DNA of 64,000 nt, taken from assembly GCA_036785375.1 (NCBI GenBank), contig JAWMAR010000065.1:5084001-5148000 (forward strand), in the 5' to 3' direction. Numbering within the stretch: the stretch's first letter is position 1; the number at the start of each line of letters is the position of its first letter. This document shows positions 52,646 to 64,000 of this stretch, in pieces. The position numbers and the translations under genes were made by a program. The notes below the pieces were generated by a model, which was given only the letters and a program-made list of their open reading frames with translations, did no database searches and had not been told where the DNA came from. The DNA comes from Leucoraja ocellata. Taxonomy: Eukaryota.

Positions 52646-53770
52646 GTCAAGTCAAGTCAAGTCAAGTCAAGTTTATTTGTCACATACACATACGAGATGC
52701 GCAGTGAAATGAAAGTGGCAATGCTCGCGGAACAACAAAACAACCAAACAAATTATAAACACAATCATAACACACATATTATTTTACATAATAAATAATA
52801 GAAGGAAAAACGTTCTGTACAGTTAGTCCCTGGTGAGAAAGGCGTTTACAGTCCGAATTGCCTCTGGGAAGAAACTCCTTCTCAACCTCTCCGTTCTCAC
52901 TGCATGGCAACGGAGGCGTTTGCCTGACCGTAGCGGCTGGAACAGTCTGTTGCAGGGGTGGAAGAGGTCTCTCATGATTTTGTTTGCTCTGGAGTTGCAC
53001 CTCCTGTTGTATAGTTCCTGCAGGGGGGTGAGTGAAGTTCCCATAGTGCGTTCGGCCGAGCGCACTACTCTCTGCAGAGCCTTCTTGTCCTTGGCAGAGC
53101 AATTCCCGAACCAGATGGTAATGTTCCCGGACAAGATGCTTTCCACCGCCGCTGCGTAGAAGCACTGGAGGATCCTCGGAGACACTCTGAATTTCCTCAA
53201 TTGCCTGAGGTGGTAAAGGCGCTGCCTTGCCTTACTCACCAGTGCTGAGGCGTGTGATGACCATGTCATATCCTCAGAGATGTGGACTCCCAGATATTTA
53301 AAACAGTTCACCCTATCCACAGGATCCCCATTTATACTCAATGGAGTGTACGTCCTCGGATGATGTGCCCTCCTAAAGTCCATGATCAGCTCCTTCGTTT
53401 TTTTGATGTTCAAGAGGAGGCTGTTCTCCTGGCACCAGAGTGCTAGATCAGCCACCTCCTCCCGGTAGGCCCTCTCATCATTGTCTGAGATCAGGCCCAC
53501 CACCACAGTGTCATCAGCAAACTTAATTATTGAATTGGAGCTGAACCTAGCCACACAGTCATGTGTGTACAGGGAGTACAATAGGGGGCTGAGGACGCAA
53601 CCCTGGGGCGATCCTGTGCTCAGGGTGAGGGACTTCGATGTATTCCCTCCCATCTTGACTACCTGGGGCCTGGCGGTGAGAAAGTCCAGGACCCAGGCAC
53701 ACAGGGAGGTGTTGAGCCCCAATTCCAGTAGCTTCCCGGCCAGTCTGGTGGGGACTATCGTGTTGAAGGC
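52646..53770 (-). mobile_element. Rex1/Babar LINE, 5'-truncated, young, inserted in Gypsy A RT
   Basis: (CTTGA)n tail at 52646-52671; Gypsy RT reading ..KDL|STVIK resumes at 53771; possible short ctta duplication. Confidence 0.93.
52823..53770 (-). CDS. Rex1 LINE reverse transcriptase C-terminal portion (uninterrupted frame, no true start)
   Basis: [42 protein letters not shown]; open for ~315 codons. Confidence 0.9.
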   Translation of the reverse strand, partial: AFNTIVPTRLAGKLLELGLNTSLCAWVLDFLTARPQVVKMGGNTSKSLTLSTGSPQGCVLSPLLYSLYTHDCVARFSSNSIIKFADDTVVVGLISDNDERAYREEVADLALWCQENSLLLNIKKTKELIMDFRRAHHPRTYTPLSINGDPVDRVNCFKYLGVHISEDMTWSSHASALVSKARQRLYHLRQLRKFRVSPRILQCFYAAAVESILSGNITIWFGNCSAKDKKALQRVVRSAERTMGTSLTPLQELYNRRCNSRANKIMRDLFHPCNRLFQPLRSGKRLRCHAVRTERLRRSFFPEAIRTVNAFLTRD

Positions 53771-54209
53771 TTAAGCACAGTAATTAAACAACCCCGCTAT
53801 CCCATGCGCACTGTGGATGAGATTGTTGTGCAGATGGCTGAGGCAACTGTATTCACAGTGCTAGATGCTAAGAGTTCATTCTGGCAGATTTCGCTGGAGC
53901 ATAACTCCTCCAAGTTGACAACTTTCAGGACTCCATTCATGTCGATTGTAGTCCTTATAATAACAGTGGCCTTACATCAAGATCAGGATATATATAAACT
54001 TTATTGTTTACAAATCAATACAACCTCTCTCTTAAGAGTTCCACTTTAAACTAAAGGAATGCAGCAGACCGCGATGCTAACAAGCTAGTGGGCGTAACTA
54101 CAAATGCATGCCGTCACTAATCTACATCCCCCCTCTTAAAGAATCAATAGCAATATAGACCCATAACTAAGCAAAGCAAGTCTCACAACCGATGACAGAC
54201 TGGTGGAAC

Positions 54210-55214
54210 ATAGTCAAACACAGTCTGGATACTTCACGACCGGCCTGCAAACACGAACGGCACGTGTACGTTAGAGGCCATCTCCATTCTTTTTCTCCGG
54301 GGAAAGAGCAGGTGACTTCACCGCCGAGGGGAAGTGCACCAACGTCCCTGGAGTCGATGCAGGAGAGTGGCGCACAGGCGAAGATGGAACAGACAGAGGA
54401 ACTGTCGCAGGCATGGATTGTTGTGCTGACAAGAGCATTCGAGGGTCACTAGATGCAGATTGAAATGAACGTGTACGATCCGGATAATATGGAGGAGGGG
54501 CTGGCTCGTTCACAGGCAGAAGATGTTGCCTGTTGCGTCGGTAGGTGCCGCCATCGGCTCTAACAATGTACGAGCGTGGCTCCGAAGCAAGACCAGAAAC
54601 TACCCCAAATAAGGTCGTGGCCTTTGTCAGTCTGTAAGCGGACCACCTGTCCTTTGGTCAACGGTGGCAATGGCCTACTCGCCTTGTCGAACCATTTCTT
54701 TTGAATGTCACGCTTCTGTTGCAACCTGGATTGAACCTCCTCAGGCGGAAAAACTTGAGGGATTAATGCTTGATCACGGGCAGCGTGGTACGGGTCTGCC
54801 TTGACAATAATCGTTGAGCAGGTGAACCCAAGGCAGGGTCACGGGAAATGTTGCGTAAGTTGAGTAAATCCAGGAATATGTCAGATTTAGCTCTATGAGA
54901 GCATTCCATGAGCTGATTTGCACTTCTGCCAGCCCGTTCTGCCAGTCCGTTATACTGTGGATATTCAGGGCTGCTGGTGATGTGGTGAAAATTCCAGCGT
55001 CTAACAAACTCTTTGAATTGTTGGCTGGTGAACTGATTGCCATTGTCAGTCAGCAGCTTGCCCGGAGATCCGTGGACGGAAAAGTGACGAGATAATTTCG
55101 AAATCACACCGCTAGAAGTGGGGCTGCTGAGAAAATCAATGTCGAACCATCCTGAATACAAAAACGAATCCTGAATACGAATCCACGAGCACCAGGCACT
55201 GCTTGCCGTGCCAG
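54210..55214 (-). pseudogene. Gypsy B integrase core and C-terminal tail
   Basis: VDSYSG..HGSPGKLLTDNGNQF..SSPEYPQYNGLAER (D,D35E core). Confidence 0.9.
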
Positions 55215-56232
55215 TTCACGCAGTAACAGATTTCAAATGAGACAGTATGCTAACTCGTTAAACCAGGATGAATGTCCAAGCTCCGAGTTCGCACAAACAG
55301 ATGGTGATAGCACAGAGATTGATGTACATGCTTTGTCTGGATCAGCGTACAAGCTGGATGCCAAGGTCGCTTTGCTCATTAATGGCAAAATTCTTTATCT
55401 TAAGAGGGGTAGTAGAGCACGCTGTAATGCTATATCGCAGGCTGTCTTCCAACAGCTGAAAAACACGGAAACTCTAACTCAGACGACTGCGTCACTTATC
55501 TCGTTTAATGGTTCTCCACTACAACCTATCGGCCAGATAAAGTTACGTTGCAATCTCAACGCGAGTGACCACATGCTGGATTTCTTCGTGGTACACGAGA
55601 AGGTACCATCCATATTGGGTGCCGATGCATGCCATGACATGGGTTTGATTTCCTTCAGCCCTTCTGTCTGTCCACTGACTATGGGCTATGATTTTACACA
55701 TCACATTTTTACACAATACAAGGATTTGTTTAACGACAAGCAGGGCAGGTTGCCTGTGAGATACATGATTACTATCGATCCTGAGGCAATCCCAGTTGTT
55801 CATCCAGCTCACAAGATTCCCCATGCTATGCGGGATCGTGTACAAAGTGAACTTAACAGAATGGTGACTTGGTGTGATTACTCCTATAACTGAACCCTCA
55901 GACTGGGTCTCCTCAATGGTTGTCGCTACTAAGAAGAACAAAGATGAGATACGGATTTGTATCAACCCCAAGGACTTAAATACAGCAATTAAATGACTGC
56001 GTTATCCAATGCACTCTGTGGACAAGATTGTGGCGCAGATGGCTTGAGCAACTGTATTCACAATGCTAGATGCCAAGAGTTCATTCTGGCACATTCCACT
56101 GGAACATAAATCCTCCAAGCTGACAACTTTCAGTACTCCGTTCGGATGTTATAAATTTCTGAGGATGCCCTTTGGTATATGTTCTGCCATTGAAGTATTT
56201 CAACAATCCATGGAACAATTGTTTGCTGGATA
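55215..56232 (+). pseudogene. Gypsy B protease and RT N-half, inverted relative to LTRs, gag and integrase
   Basis: ORF 55237-55893 (protease, PEAIPVVHPAHKIPHAMRDRV) and LDAKSSFWHI..FLRMPFG..MEQLFAGY on the plus strand. Confidence 0.9.
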
Positions 56233-56252
56233 CGCCACATCAAAGTCGATTG

Positions 56253-57030
56253 AGAACAGCATTTGGCGAAATGGTTTATTTTATTGCAAAATCTACAGTT
56301 TTCCATATGCAGGGCACTGGTCGCAGTGTGTGAACCACCACAATTAAAGCAATTAGCAATCCACCTTGGGTTATTAGCTGTCCCCTGTAACGGGCGAGCA
56401 GGAGTTTGATTAGACACGCTGGCTGCATAGACTTCATGAGCAGCAGAATGTTTCAGTGATTTAATGTGAGCATTGGTTAATTCAGCTATGCGACAGCGGT
56501 TTTCAACAGCCACTAATGTCAGGTCAACTTCTCGCAACAATTCATCGCATAGTTTATCATTCAATATGCCATGTATCAAACGATCTCGTACCAAACTATC
56601 TTGAATCTCTCCGAAATCGCATCGACTAGCGACATGCTTCAGTGCATTAACATATACCTCCACAAGTTCACCTTGTTTTTGACACATTGAAAAAATGTTA
56701 TGGCATTCAATGCTCACATTAATTTGTAAGTCACATAATTGTCGATAATTTACGCAGGAGACATTCAGGATCACAAATAGACTCTGCAGCAATCTGTATA
56801 CCATTAGCGTCAGTTCTAGCCGGTTCATAGTGAAATCTTCTGGCACGTCGATCAGTCTCAGTGCCCGCCAAATTTAGGAGAATTGATGCACGAAGAGCAG
56901 GGTCAGCAGCTGGATATGCCGCTCAACATAGATTGAGAAATCTTCCTCGAATACAGGCCATCCATCGCTCTGCAAGGTCTGCATCAAACACCAAGATCTC
57001 CAGCTTCCTGAGAGCAGCAGCAATAACCGC
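56253..57030 (-). pseudogene. Gypsy B gag
   Basis: QKQGELVEVYVNALK..CDFG..VRDRLIHGI..LTL and knuckles CFNCGGSH / CRFCNKINHFAKCC. Confidence 0.9.
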
Positions 57031-57297
57031 AGTTTTTAAAAAATAAACTAAAATAAAAACAATAGAATCAATTGAGGAGTGAGTCCATACACTCTGACAC
57101 CATGTCCATTGTAGTGCTTATAATAACAGTGGCCTTACATCAAGATCAGGATATAATAAACTTTATTGGTTACAAATCAATACAACTTCTCTCTTAAGAG
57201 TTCCACTTTAAACTAAAGGAATGCAGCAGACCGCGATGCTAACAAGCTAGTGGGCATAACTACAAATGCATGACTCATAACATGTCACTAATCTACA

Positions 57298-58790
57298 ATT
57301 CGGTTGTTATACATTTCTTCGCATGCCCTTTGGAATAAGTTCTGCTAGTGAAGTATTTCCACAAGCTATGGAGCAATTGTTTGCAGGCTACCCATGCTCC
57401 ATCATAGTAGATGATATCCTCATTACTGGAAGAGCGGTCGAAGAACACGATGCCAATCTGACAAAGGTCTTGGATCATGCCAAGGCCATCGATCTCAAGC
57501 TGAATCCTCAAAAATGCAAATTCAGAGTGAATTTGCAATTTGTGAAACACTTAGGCCATATATTTAGCAAAGATGGTCTAAAAACTGATCTAGCGACAAC
57601 CAGTGCTATCAATGTGCTCCCAGCACCCACAGACGTGCTGAGTTTGCAGAGATTCCTTGGCATGGTTAACTATTTGAGCAAATTCATTCCGGGTTTCAGC
57701 AAAATATCAGCCCCATTGCGCCATCTTACACACAAAGACACTGCTAGGACTTGGCATGAGCAACAACAGAAAGCGTTCAACACACTTAAGCAGCAGATGT
57801 CTAGTGCTCCTACACTGGCTTACTTTGATCCTAAACTACAGGTTACACTGACTTGTGATGCCTCACAACACAGGCTAGGTGCAGCATTTCTTCTGAATGA
57901 TGGCAATGGCAATAAGCCTGTTGCCTATGCCTCGTGCACTATGACTGACACAGAACAATGATATGCCCAAAGTGAGAAAGAGCTGCTAGTGGTTGTTTTC
58001 ACCTGCAAGAAATTCAACAATTTCATCTTTGGTTACACGGTCACAATTGAAGCGGACCAGCAACCTCTGATCAGCATTTTCAACAAACCAATCCATGCCT
58101 CTCCTGCGAGCCTACAGCAGATGTTACTGTAACTTCAAAAATATGACATCATTCTGATCCACAAGCGCGGTAAGGATATGCACCTGGCTGACATTCTCTC
58201 GTGTGCACCACGGAAGACCTGCGAGGATCCGCCCTCACCGGATGATGACTTTCTGGTAATGACTGTGTGTTTTATTCCCTCGTCTTGTATGGAGGACTTG
58301 GTTGCCCACACTGCTGCTGACAGTACTCTACGGTCGCTTACCTCCGTCATTAAGCGCGGCTGGCCAGACAAGTACTACAACGTTCCGCTGCCAGTCCGGC
58401 CTTTCTTTGCTGTTTGTGATGAGCTGGTGCTGCAGGTTGGCATTGTTTTAAAAGTACACAAGGCTGTGGTTCCTGCTTCGCTGCACAACCAGTATTTTAA
58501 CGCTGTCCATGCATGGCACCCACGCGCTGAAGCTACTGTCTTATGGGCAAGAAGCATGTTTTACTCGCCTGGCATGGCCGAATACATCACCGAGAATGTG
58601 GCATCCTGTGCAGTGTGCAACAGTTTGGCACCTCAACAACAAAAGCAACCACTTATTTCACATCCGGTACTTGCTCTCCAATGGTCTACAGTCACAGCTG
58701 ACATATTTGATTGGCATGGCAAGCTGTACTTGGTGCTCGTTGATTCGTATTCAGGATGGTTTGACATTGATTTTCTTAGCAGCCCCACTT
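57298..58790 (+). pseudogene. Gypsy A RT C-half, RNase H and integrase zinc finger (inverted relative to LTRs)
   Basis: MPFGISSASEVF..IVDDILI..LQRFLGMVNYL..TCDAS..PVAYAS; HAWHP..CAVC; LVDSYSGW. Confidence 0.92.
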
Positions 58791-58837
58791 CCAGCAAACG
58801 AGACAAGAGATGCAGCTGTTGGAGATACCGTCTCATT

Positions 58838-58878
58838 TCCAAATGGAGGCGTGGGTTCGTATCCCACTTCTGACACCA
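58838..58878 (+). other. 3' 41 nt of mature tRNA-Leu (with CCA) forming an over-extended PBS
   Basis: tccaaatggaggcgtgggttcgTatcccacttctgacaCCA resembles the variable arm, T-arm and acceptor 3' strand of vertebrate tRNA-Leu(CAA) as recalled. Confidence 0.85.
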
Positions 58879-59083
58879 TGTTGTATTTCGGCTGTTGTGA
58901 TAACTGAAGCCTTACACCATGATAAAGGTACAAAGACTTTATTAATGACATAACATATATAACTTCATACTAGCATGTCTTTTTAATTCTAAAGGGAACA
59001 GGCAGGGAGGATTACTGCAAAAGCAAGTGGACGTAACTACCAAAGCATGACTCATAACATGAGTGACATTGATCTACAGGTAT

Positions 59084-59499
59084 ATGGTCAGATGTTGCAT
59101 CTCCTGCGGTTGCAGGGGAAGGTCCTTGGGGAGGGGTTGGTTAGGCTGGGAAGGGATGTTAACCAGGGAGTTGCGGAGGGAACGGTCCCTGTGGAAGGCG
59201 AAAAGGGTTGGAGATGAGAAGATGTGTCTAGGAGTGGGATCCTATTGGAGTCGGCAAAAATGTCAGAGGATTGTGTGCTGTATGTGACGGCTGATGGGAT
59301 GACTAGGGGGACTGTCCCTTTTGCTACTAGGGAGAGGGGGAGCAAGGGCAGAGTGGTTGGATTCTGAGGAGACACGTGTGAGGGCCTCATTTATGATGGA
59401 AGAGGGGAACCCCCATTTGCTACAGATACAGCATAGACAGAGGAATTGGGAGTAGGGGATAGAATCTTTGCAGGAAGCTGGGTGGGAAGAAGTGTAGTT
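59084..59499 (-). mobile_element. Penelope-like element, 5' part (RT thumb and Cys linker), 5'-truncated
   Basis: YTSSHPASCKDSIPYSQFLCLCCIC and TFPCNRRRCNI motifs; continues into 51221 once the Gypsy insertion is removed. Confidence 0.88.
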
Positions 59500-60634
59500 T
59501 GTCTCAATATTATGAAGAACCCTCCCAGCTGTGGGTTACCAGAGAAACAAGTTGGGTCTGCTCTCCACACATTTTCCTGAAGGATTTTGAAAAGGATTAA
59601 GAATTGATTCTTAAATTCAATCACAATAATACAGGTGATAGATGTGCATCTAGAAACTCATGTGAACATGGTGTGTGTGTGTATGGGTCTGAGGGTAGGA
59701 TGGGTGTGGTGGAAGCAGGTACATGAATGAAATTTTAATTCCTTTCTTCACCCACCCATCTCCTGGCTTGATATGTTCTCGCAGGTGAATTAAAATTATT
59801 GTTGTGCTCGGTTTAAATGCAACTTGGAGATTTTAAATAGATCTTTGTTTTCACATAAAATGAGTGAAGAATTTCCACTCATAAAATGTAAATGAAGTAA
59901 CAGTGCAGGGGTTGAGAGCATGGCGCATTATTAGAGGTGCTATCCTTCAAATTACAAACATTAAAGTGATGAGTTATCTGCCCTCTTAGGTTGAAGCTAG
60001 AAATCCTATGATAACAAAAGCAGAAATGTTCATCTAGTTGTATGAACCTACACATATCCATCAACCAACAACACTCATGGAGATTAATGGTTCTCCTCTC
60101 ATTGTTTTTTGGAGGATTTGCCTGGGTGTAAATTGGTTGCCAGACAAAATACTTGCCTGTTCAATGCTTTGGGACGTCCCGAAACTATGAAAGGTATGGT
60201 TTAAATGCCAGTTGTTTCTTCAGTAAAATATAACGATTAACTTACTGAAGAAGAATCGTCTGTTTGAGAACATAATACTTTGATATTAAATGGCCACTCT
60301 CTGCAAGTGCTGCTAAAGGCTTGGAACTAAAACAACACTGTAAGCGATCTTACACCATACATTCCATTGCTTATCTAAAATGCCATTCTTCCTTATCGTG
60401 CAGATACTCATATACTCATTTTAAACATGTTTGTATTTGTATTAAGATACCAGAGGTTAAATATTTAATGAACCAATGGTATGCTCATAAGCTAATATCT
60501 TCATGGTAACTTTGAAATTATTTGACAAGGCCTTGTAGAGATTCTTCGTGATTCTTGTCATCATGAAGAAGATGTATCATGCCTCCACTTAGAAGTTTAA
60601 GATTTGGCACGTAATCGAATAGTCCAACAAAGTT

Positions 60635-62085
60635 CTATAGATGCACAGTAGAAAGTATCCAGACTGGTTGCATCCTAGTATTGGAATTCCAACATACAGA
60701 AATGCAAGAGGCTGAAATGACTGGTGGACTCAGCCCAGTACATCACGGTCACATCCCTCCCTACTATGGATAGCATCTACCTGAGGTGCTCTCTCAAAAA
60801 GGTGACATCTATCATCAAGGATCCCACTCTCCATGCCATGCCCTCTTCTCGTTGCTATCATCAGGCAGGTTGAATAGAATATAATATAATAATAATATTT
60901 ATTTATATAGCACTTTTCAACAAAACCAGTATTTGAACCAAAGTGCTTTACAGAGATTGATTAAATTAATTGAACAGATCAATGCAATAAATCCATACAA
61001 ATCAAAAAAAGAGAAAAAAGAGAAAAAGAAAAAAGACACAGAAACAGTACACTATAGAAATCAACATGAAACGTCCCCCCACAGCAGAATTCACTGTGAG
61101 GGAAGGCACCAAAAATATCCAGTTCTCCCCCTCATAGTCCACCCGAGGTCGGGGCCTATATCTGGCCTCCTCAGCCAGCCCGGTGTCTTCAGGCCCTCTT
61201 GCCGTGAAGCTGGATCATCGGCGTCGGTGAACATCCATCAGCGGCCAGGACTGAAGCGGCCGCTTCCCCCCCGAAGACTGCAACGACCAAAGTTCACAGG
61301 CCGCACCGGCCGAACCCCCGACACTGGCGATCTCGGATCTCGGATCCCAGGCTCCGCGGTGCCGTCAACGGTCACAGTGCCCCGGAGATTACCGCAAGGC
61401 GACCCGGTAAGGCATCGCCCGCTCCTTGTAGATGTCCCAGCATCTACACCGCCGTCGAAGCTGCAGTCCCCGCAGGAAACGCCGCTCAGCGCTGCTCCAG
61501 ATCGACTAGGCCGCACAGAGAGGACGAAGATGCGGTTCGGAGAAAAACCGCATCTCCGACCAGGTAGGACTGGGGTTAAAAATAATTTCCCCCTTCCCCT
61601 CCCCCACCCACCACATAAAAGAAGACCTCCAATAAACACCTGATATGAACAGGACTAAAAATAAAAATAAATAAGGGTGAAAGGACGGACAGCAGGAGGA
61701 GCGGCCATACACAACGGCGCATCACCCCCGCTGTCCGCCATCTTGAATGAAGCCTGAAGTCCCACGCTACCAGGTTCAGAAACAGCTACTTTCCTACAAC
61801 CATCAGGATCTTGAACCAAACTACATAATCCTAATCTGATCTCAGTAACGGAATATTATGGACCACCTCTTGCACTACCATTGACTTGTTTCCAATTGAG
61901 TTTTTGCACTGATGTTTTGTTTTGTTATCTTTGGCTTTTCACTGTCTTGTGTAATTTTTGTATAATTTTATGTTCTATGTGTTGTCTGTCGATACGCCTG
62001 CAATGTTGCTGCAAGCAATATTTTTATTGTACCAATACCTCACCATTCTTGTGTATATGGTAACAAGCTCAACTTGACTTAACTT
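60635..62085 (+). mobile_element. Decayed Rex1-like 3' end, split by a younger insertion
   Basis: gcacagtagaaagtatcc..atcatcaaggatccc..tcaggcagg|gaagcctgaag..caggttcagaaacagctactt.., tail cttgacttaactt. Confidence 0.7.
60876..61742 (-). mobile_element. Non-autonomous retroposon with GC-rich head and L2-like tail
   Basis: TSD TTGAAT (60870-75, 61743-48); 5' end (aa)gatggcg; 3' end gtgctatataaataaatattattatt. Confidence 0.7.
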
Positions 62086-63169
62086 GGCTGATGACAATAT
62101 AAACCTTGTGAAATTATTGCACATCACAAGTCAGAAGACTGAATGACGTATACGTAATTTACACCAAGCCTATGTTTTGGTGAGTCATTGACCTGTATCA
62201 TACAGATTATTTTCCCCAGGCATCAGTGACGTTATGTGTTTATTAATCTTGTGTTATAAAGTCTGATATGTGTTGTGTGGTATCCTGGAAGTATTGATGT
62301 CATGGACTATTACTGCCTATCCATTCTATGAATTTTATGATTTTGCTAAGTGATGATTCCAAAGTCCAGGCATCCAGGCTGATGCCCTTCTCTAAATGCG
62401 ATGCATCATGACAGGTAAAGTATTTTGTGTTTTTCAGTAGTTCTTCACACTTTATGTTTATTTATATTATTACATTTTTCAGAATTTTGTATAAGCTTGG
62501 TTCATCGTTAGCTGGGTTAAAGAGAATAGGACTTTATACAGTACATTAGGCATAGAGTCATAGAATGATACAACACTTTGGCTCAACCTGTCCATGCCAA
62601 CAAATATGCTCCATCTAAACTAGACCCATTTGTCACCATTTGGCCCGTATCCTCTAAGCATTTCCTATCCATGTGCCTCTGCTACTACTTCCTCTGGCAG
62701 CTTGTTCCATACTACAATCTATGCACTATCAGATGCAGAAGTGACCTTTTGTCCATTGTTTAAGGATGTATGTCAGCTCCCCTTGTTGCATCTTGGGCCA
62801 GAGAGGCCACATAACACCGTATTTTAGAATGGTCCATTGAAACATATCTGCCTTATACTATACCTGTGGATTGACCCATAACCCTACTTCACATATGGTC
62901 TTCCTTATCATTGTAATTTCTCTGCCATCTTCACATGCAAAGACTCATTACAATGGAAGCTCTTCCTCATTCTGAAGTGGGTGAGCTTACAAATTGATAG
63001 GTTGTAAGACTCTGTGAGAAACCAATTGCCTTTTTACTGGTTAAATAATGTGAAGCGGTAATAATTAAGACAAACAGGTTGACAGGGAAAAAGAATTTAG
63101 ATTATATGGAGTATAAGGGCTTAATGGAGAAAATTGATTGCAGTGATTGGGCAAGCCTAATAAGCAGAT

Positions 63170-63570
63170 GATAAGACCTGATCCTGACCTTGGGTCCTAC
63201 CTGTGACTGCATGAGTTTCCACTTGATGTTCTGGTTTCCTCCCACATCCCAAAAGTGTACAGGTTTGTAGGTTAATTGGCCTCTGTAAAAATTGCCCCTA
63301 GTGTGTAAAGAGTGGATGAGAATGTTTATTAACCTAGGACTAGGAGCCCCAAGGATGAGGTCGGGTTGGGCTGAGAACGAGGTCGAGTGAAGGATGAGTA
63401 CTTTTTGTAACTTTGTCGACGCCTTTGTGGCGACTCTTTTGTGCACTTTGTTTGTAAAGACCATGATTTGCACTGTACCTAGCTAGGTACAAGTGGTAAT
63501 AAAGTAACATCAACTAGTGTCAATGATCAGCATGGACTCAGTGGGTCGAAGGGCCTGTTTCCATACTGCA
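63170..63570 (+). mobile_element. V-SINE fragment, interrupted
   Basis: ggtttcctcccacatcccaaaagtgtacaggtttgtaggttaattggc core; tail gggtcgaagggcctgtttcc at ~63543. Confidence 0.65.
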
Positions 63571-64000
63571 GATCCAGCTTTAAAACTGACAGCTTCCTTT
63601 TGGATGTTGAAGAGCCCTGAACCCAGGATGTCGTATGACCTTCCGCTCCAGTTGCCTGCTTGTGTTGGCACAGCTGGATCACAAGAATGTCCCATCCTTG
63701 TGGAGTCCAAGTCCCAGATGACCAACGCTGCCATCTCTCAGCCATGGGAATCTGCACCCTGATTCTGCACCAAGGTAATCTGGTGTCAGTACAGATGTCC
63801 CTTTGAAATGGTCCTGAAATACTCCTATTTAATTAGTTTAAATGTATTTATGTTTGTGTTTTGTGTTTTTTGACAATTTTTTAATTTTTCTTAATGATTC
63901 CCTCATGTTTTTTCATTATTACAATCTTATGATTACATGATTTGTCTTATGGCTTTAACCTTCAGCAAGTCTTGGAGGAAGTCTAATCCACTGCAGATGA

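Larger units (their letters stand above)
53940..57297 (-). mobile_element. Ty3/Gypsy LTR retrotransposon B nested in the RT of A, internally inverted and deleted
   Basis: LTRs 53940-54126 and 57103-57297 (about 5 substitutions plus 2 indels), TSD ATTCA/ATTCG, PPT 54127-54135, PBS TGGTGTCAGAGT (57091-57102); host RT TPF|GCY resumes at 57298. Confidence 0.95.
51227..59078 (-). mobile_element. Ty3/Gypsy LTR retrotransposon A (probably Mag-like), rearranged
   Basis: 186-bp TG..CA LTRs at 51227-51412 and 58893-59078 (about 14 differences by hand count), 5-bp TSD GGTAT, PPT at 51413-51420, tRNA-Leu PBS ending 58878, protease VDSGA motif, RT (IVDDIL), RNase H and integrase fragments. Confidence 0.95.

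Noticed and set aside
58838-58878. Functional tRNA-Leu gene
   Set aside because: Only the 3' half is present and it includes CCA, which eukaryotic tRNA genes do not encode; it is a cDNA copy of mature tRNA.
60933-61643. 236-aa Pro/Arg-rich ORF
   Set aside because: Antisense to a GC-rich retroposon head, non-ATG start, low complexity.

Overview
Eukaryotic vertebrate DNA. The repeat repertoire (HE1/V-SINE, CR1, Rex1-Babar, Penelope-derived repeats) suggests a cartilaginous fish such as a skate or ray; this is an inference. The only host gene is the 5' end of TCF7L2 on the minus strand: coding exons 1-3 (43423-42496, beta-catenin-binding N-terminus), its promoter/5'UTR, and >42 kb of the following intron running off the left edge. 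No further TCF7L2 exon was recognised. The intron carries a full-length decayed Tc1 transposon, two Harbinger-like MITEs, a GC-rich TA-flanked non-autonomous element with two long hairpins, and many Penelope-derived repeats bearing a minimal hammerhead-ribozyme core. Upstream (50.6-59.5 kb) is a nested cluster: a Penelope element split by Gypsy element A, into which Gypsy element B and a young Rex1 LINE inserted. Both Gypsy copies keep paired LTRs and TSDs but are internally inverted and deleted. Element A contains tRNA-Leu sequence well beyond the normal 18-nt primer-binding site, with an A-to-T change exactly at tRNA position 58, a possible fossil of reverse-transcriptase read-through of m1A58. 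I found no novel protein-coding system; most listed ORFs are spurious or TE-derived. All alignments were done by eye and repeat boundaries are approximate unless TSDs/TIRs are given.
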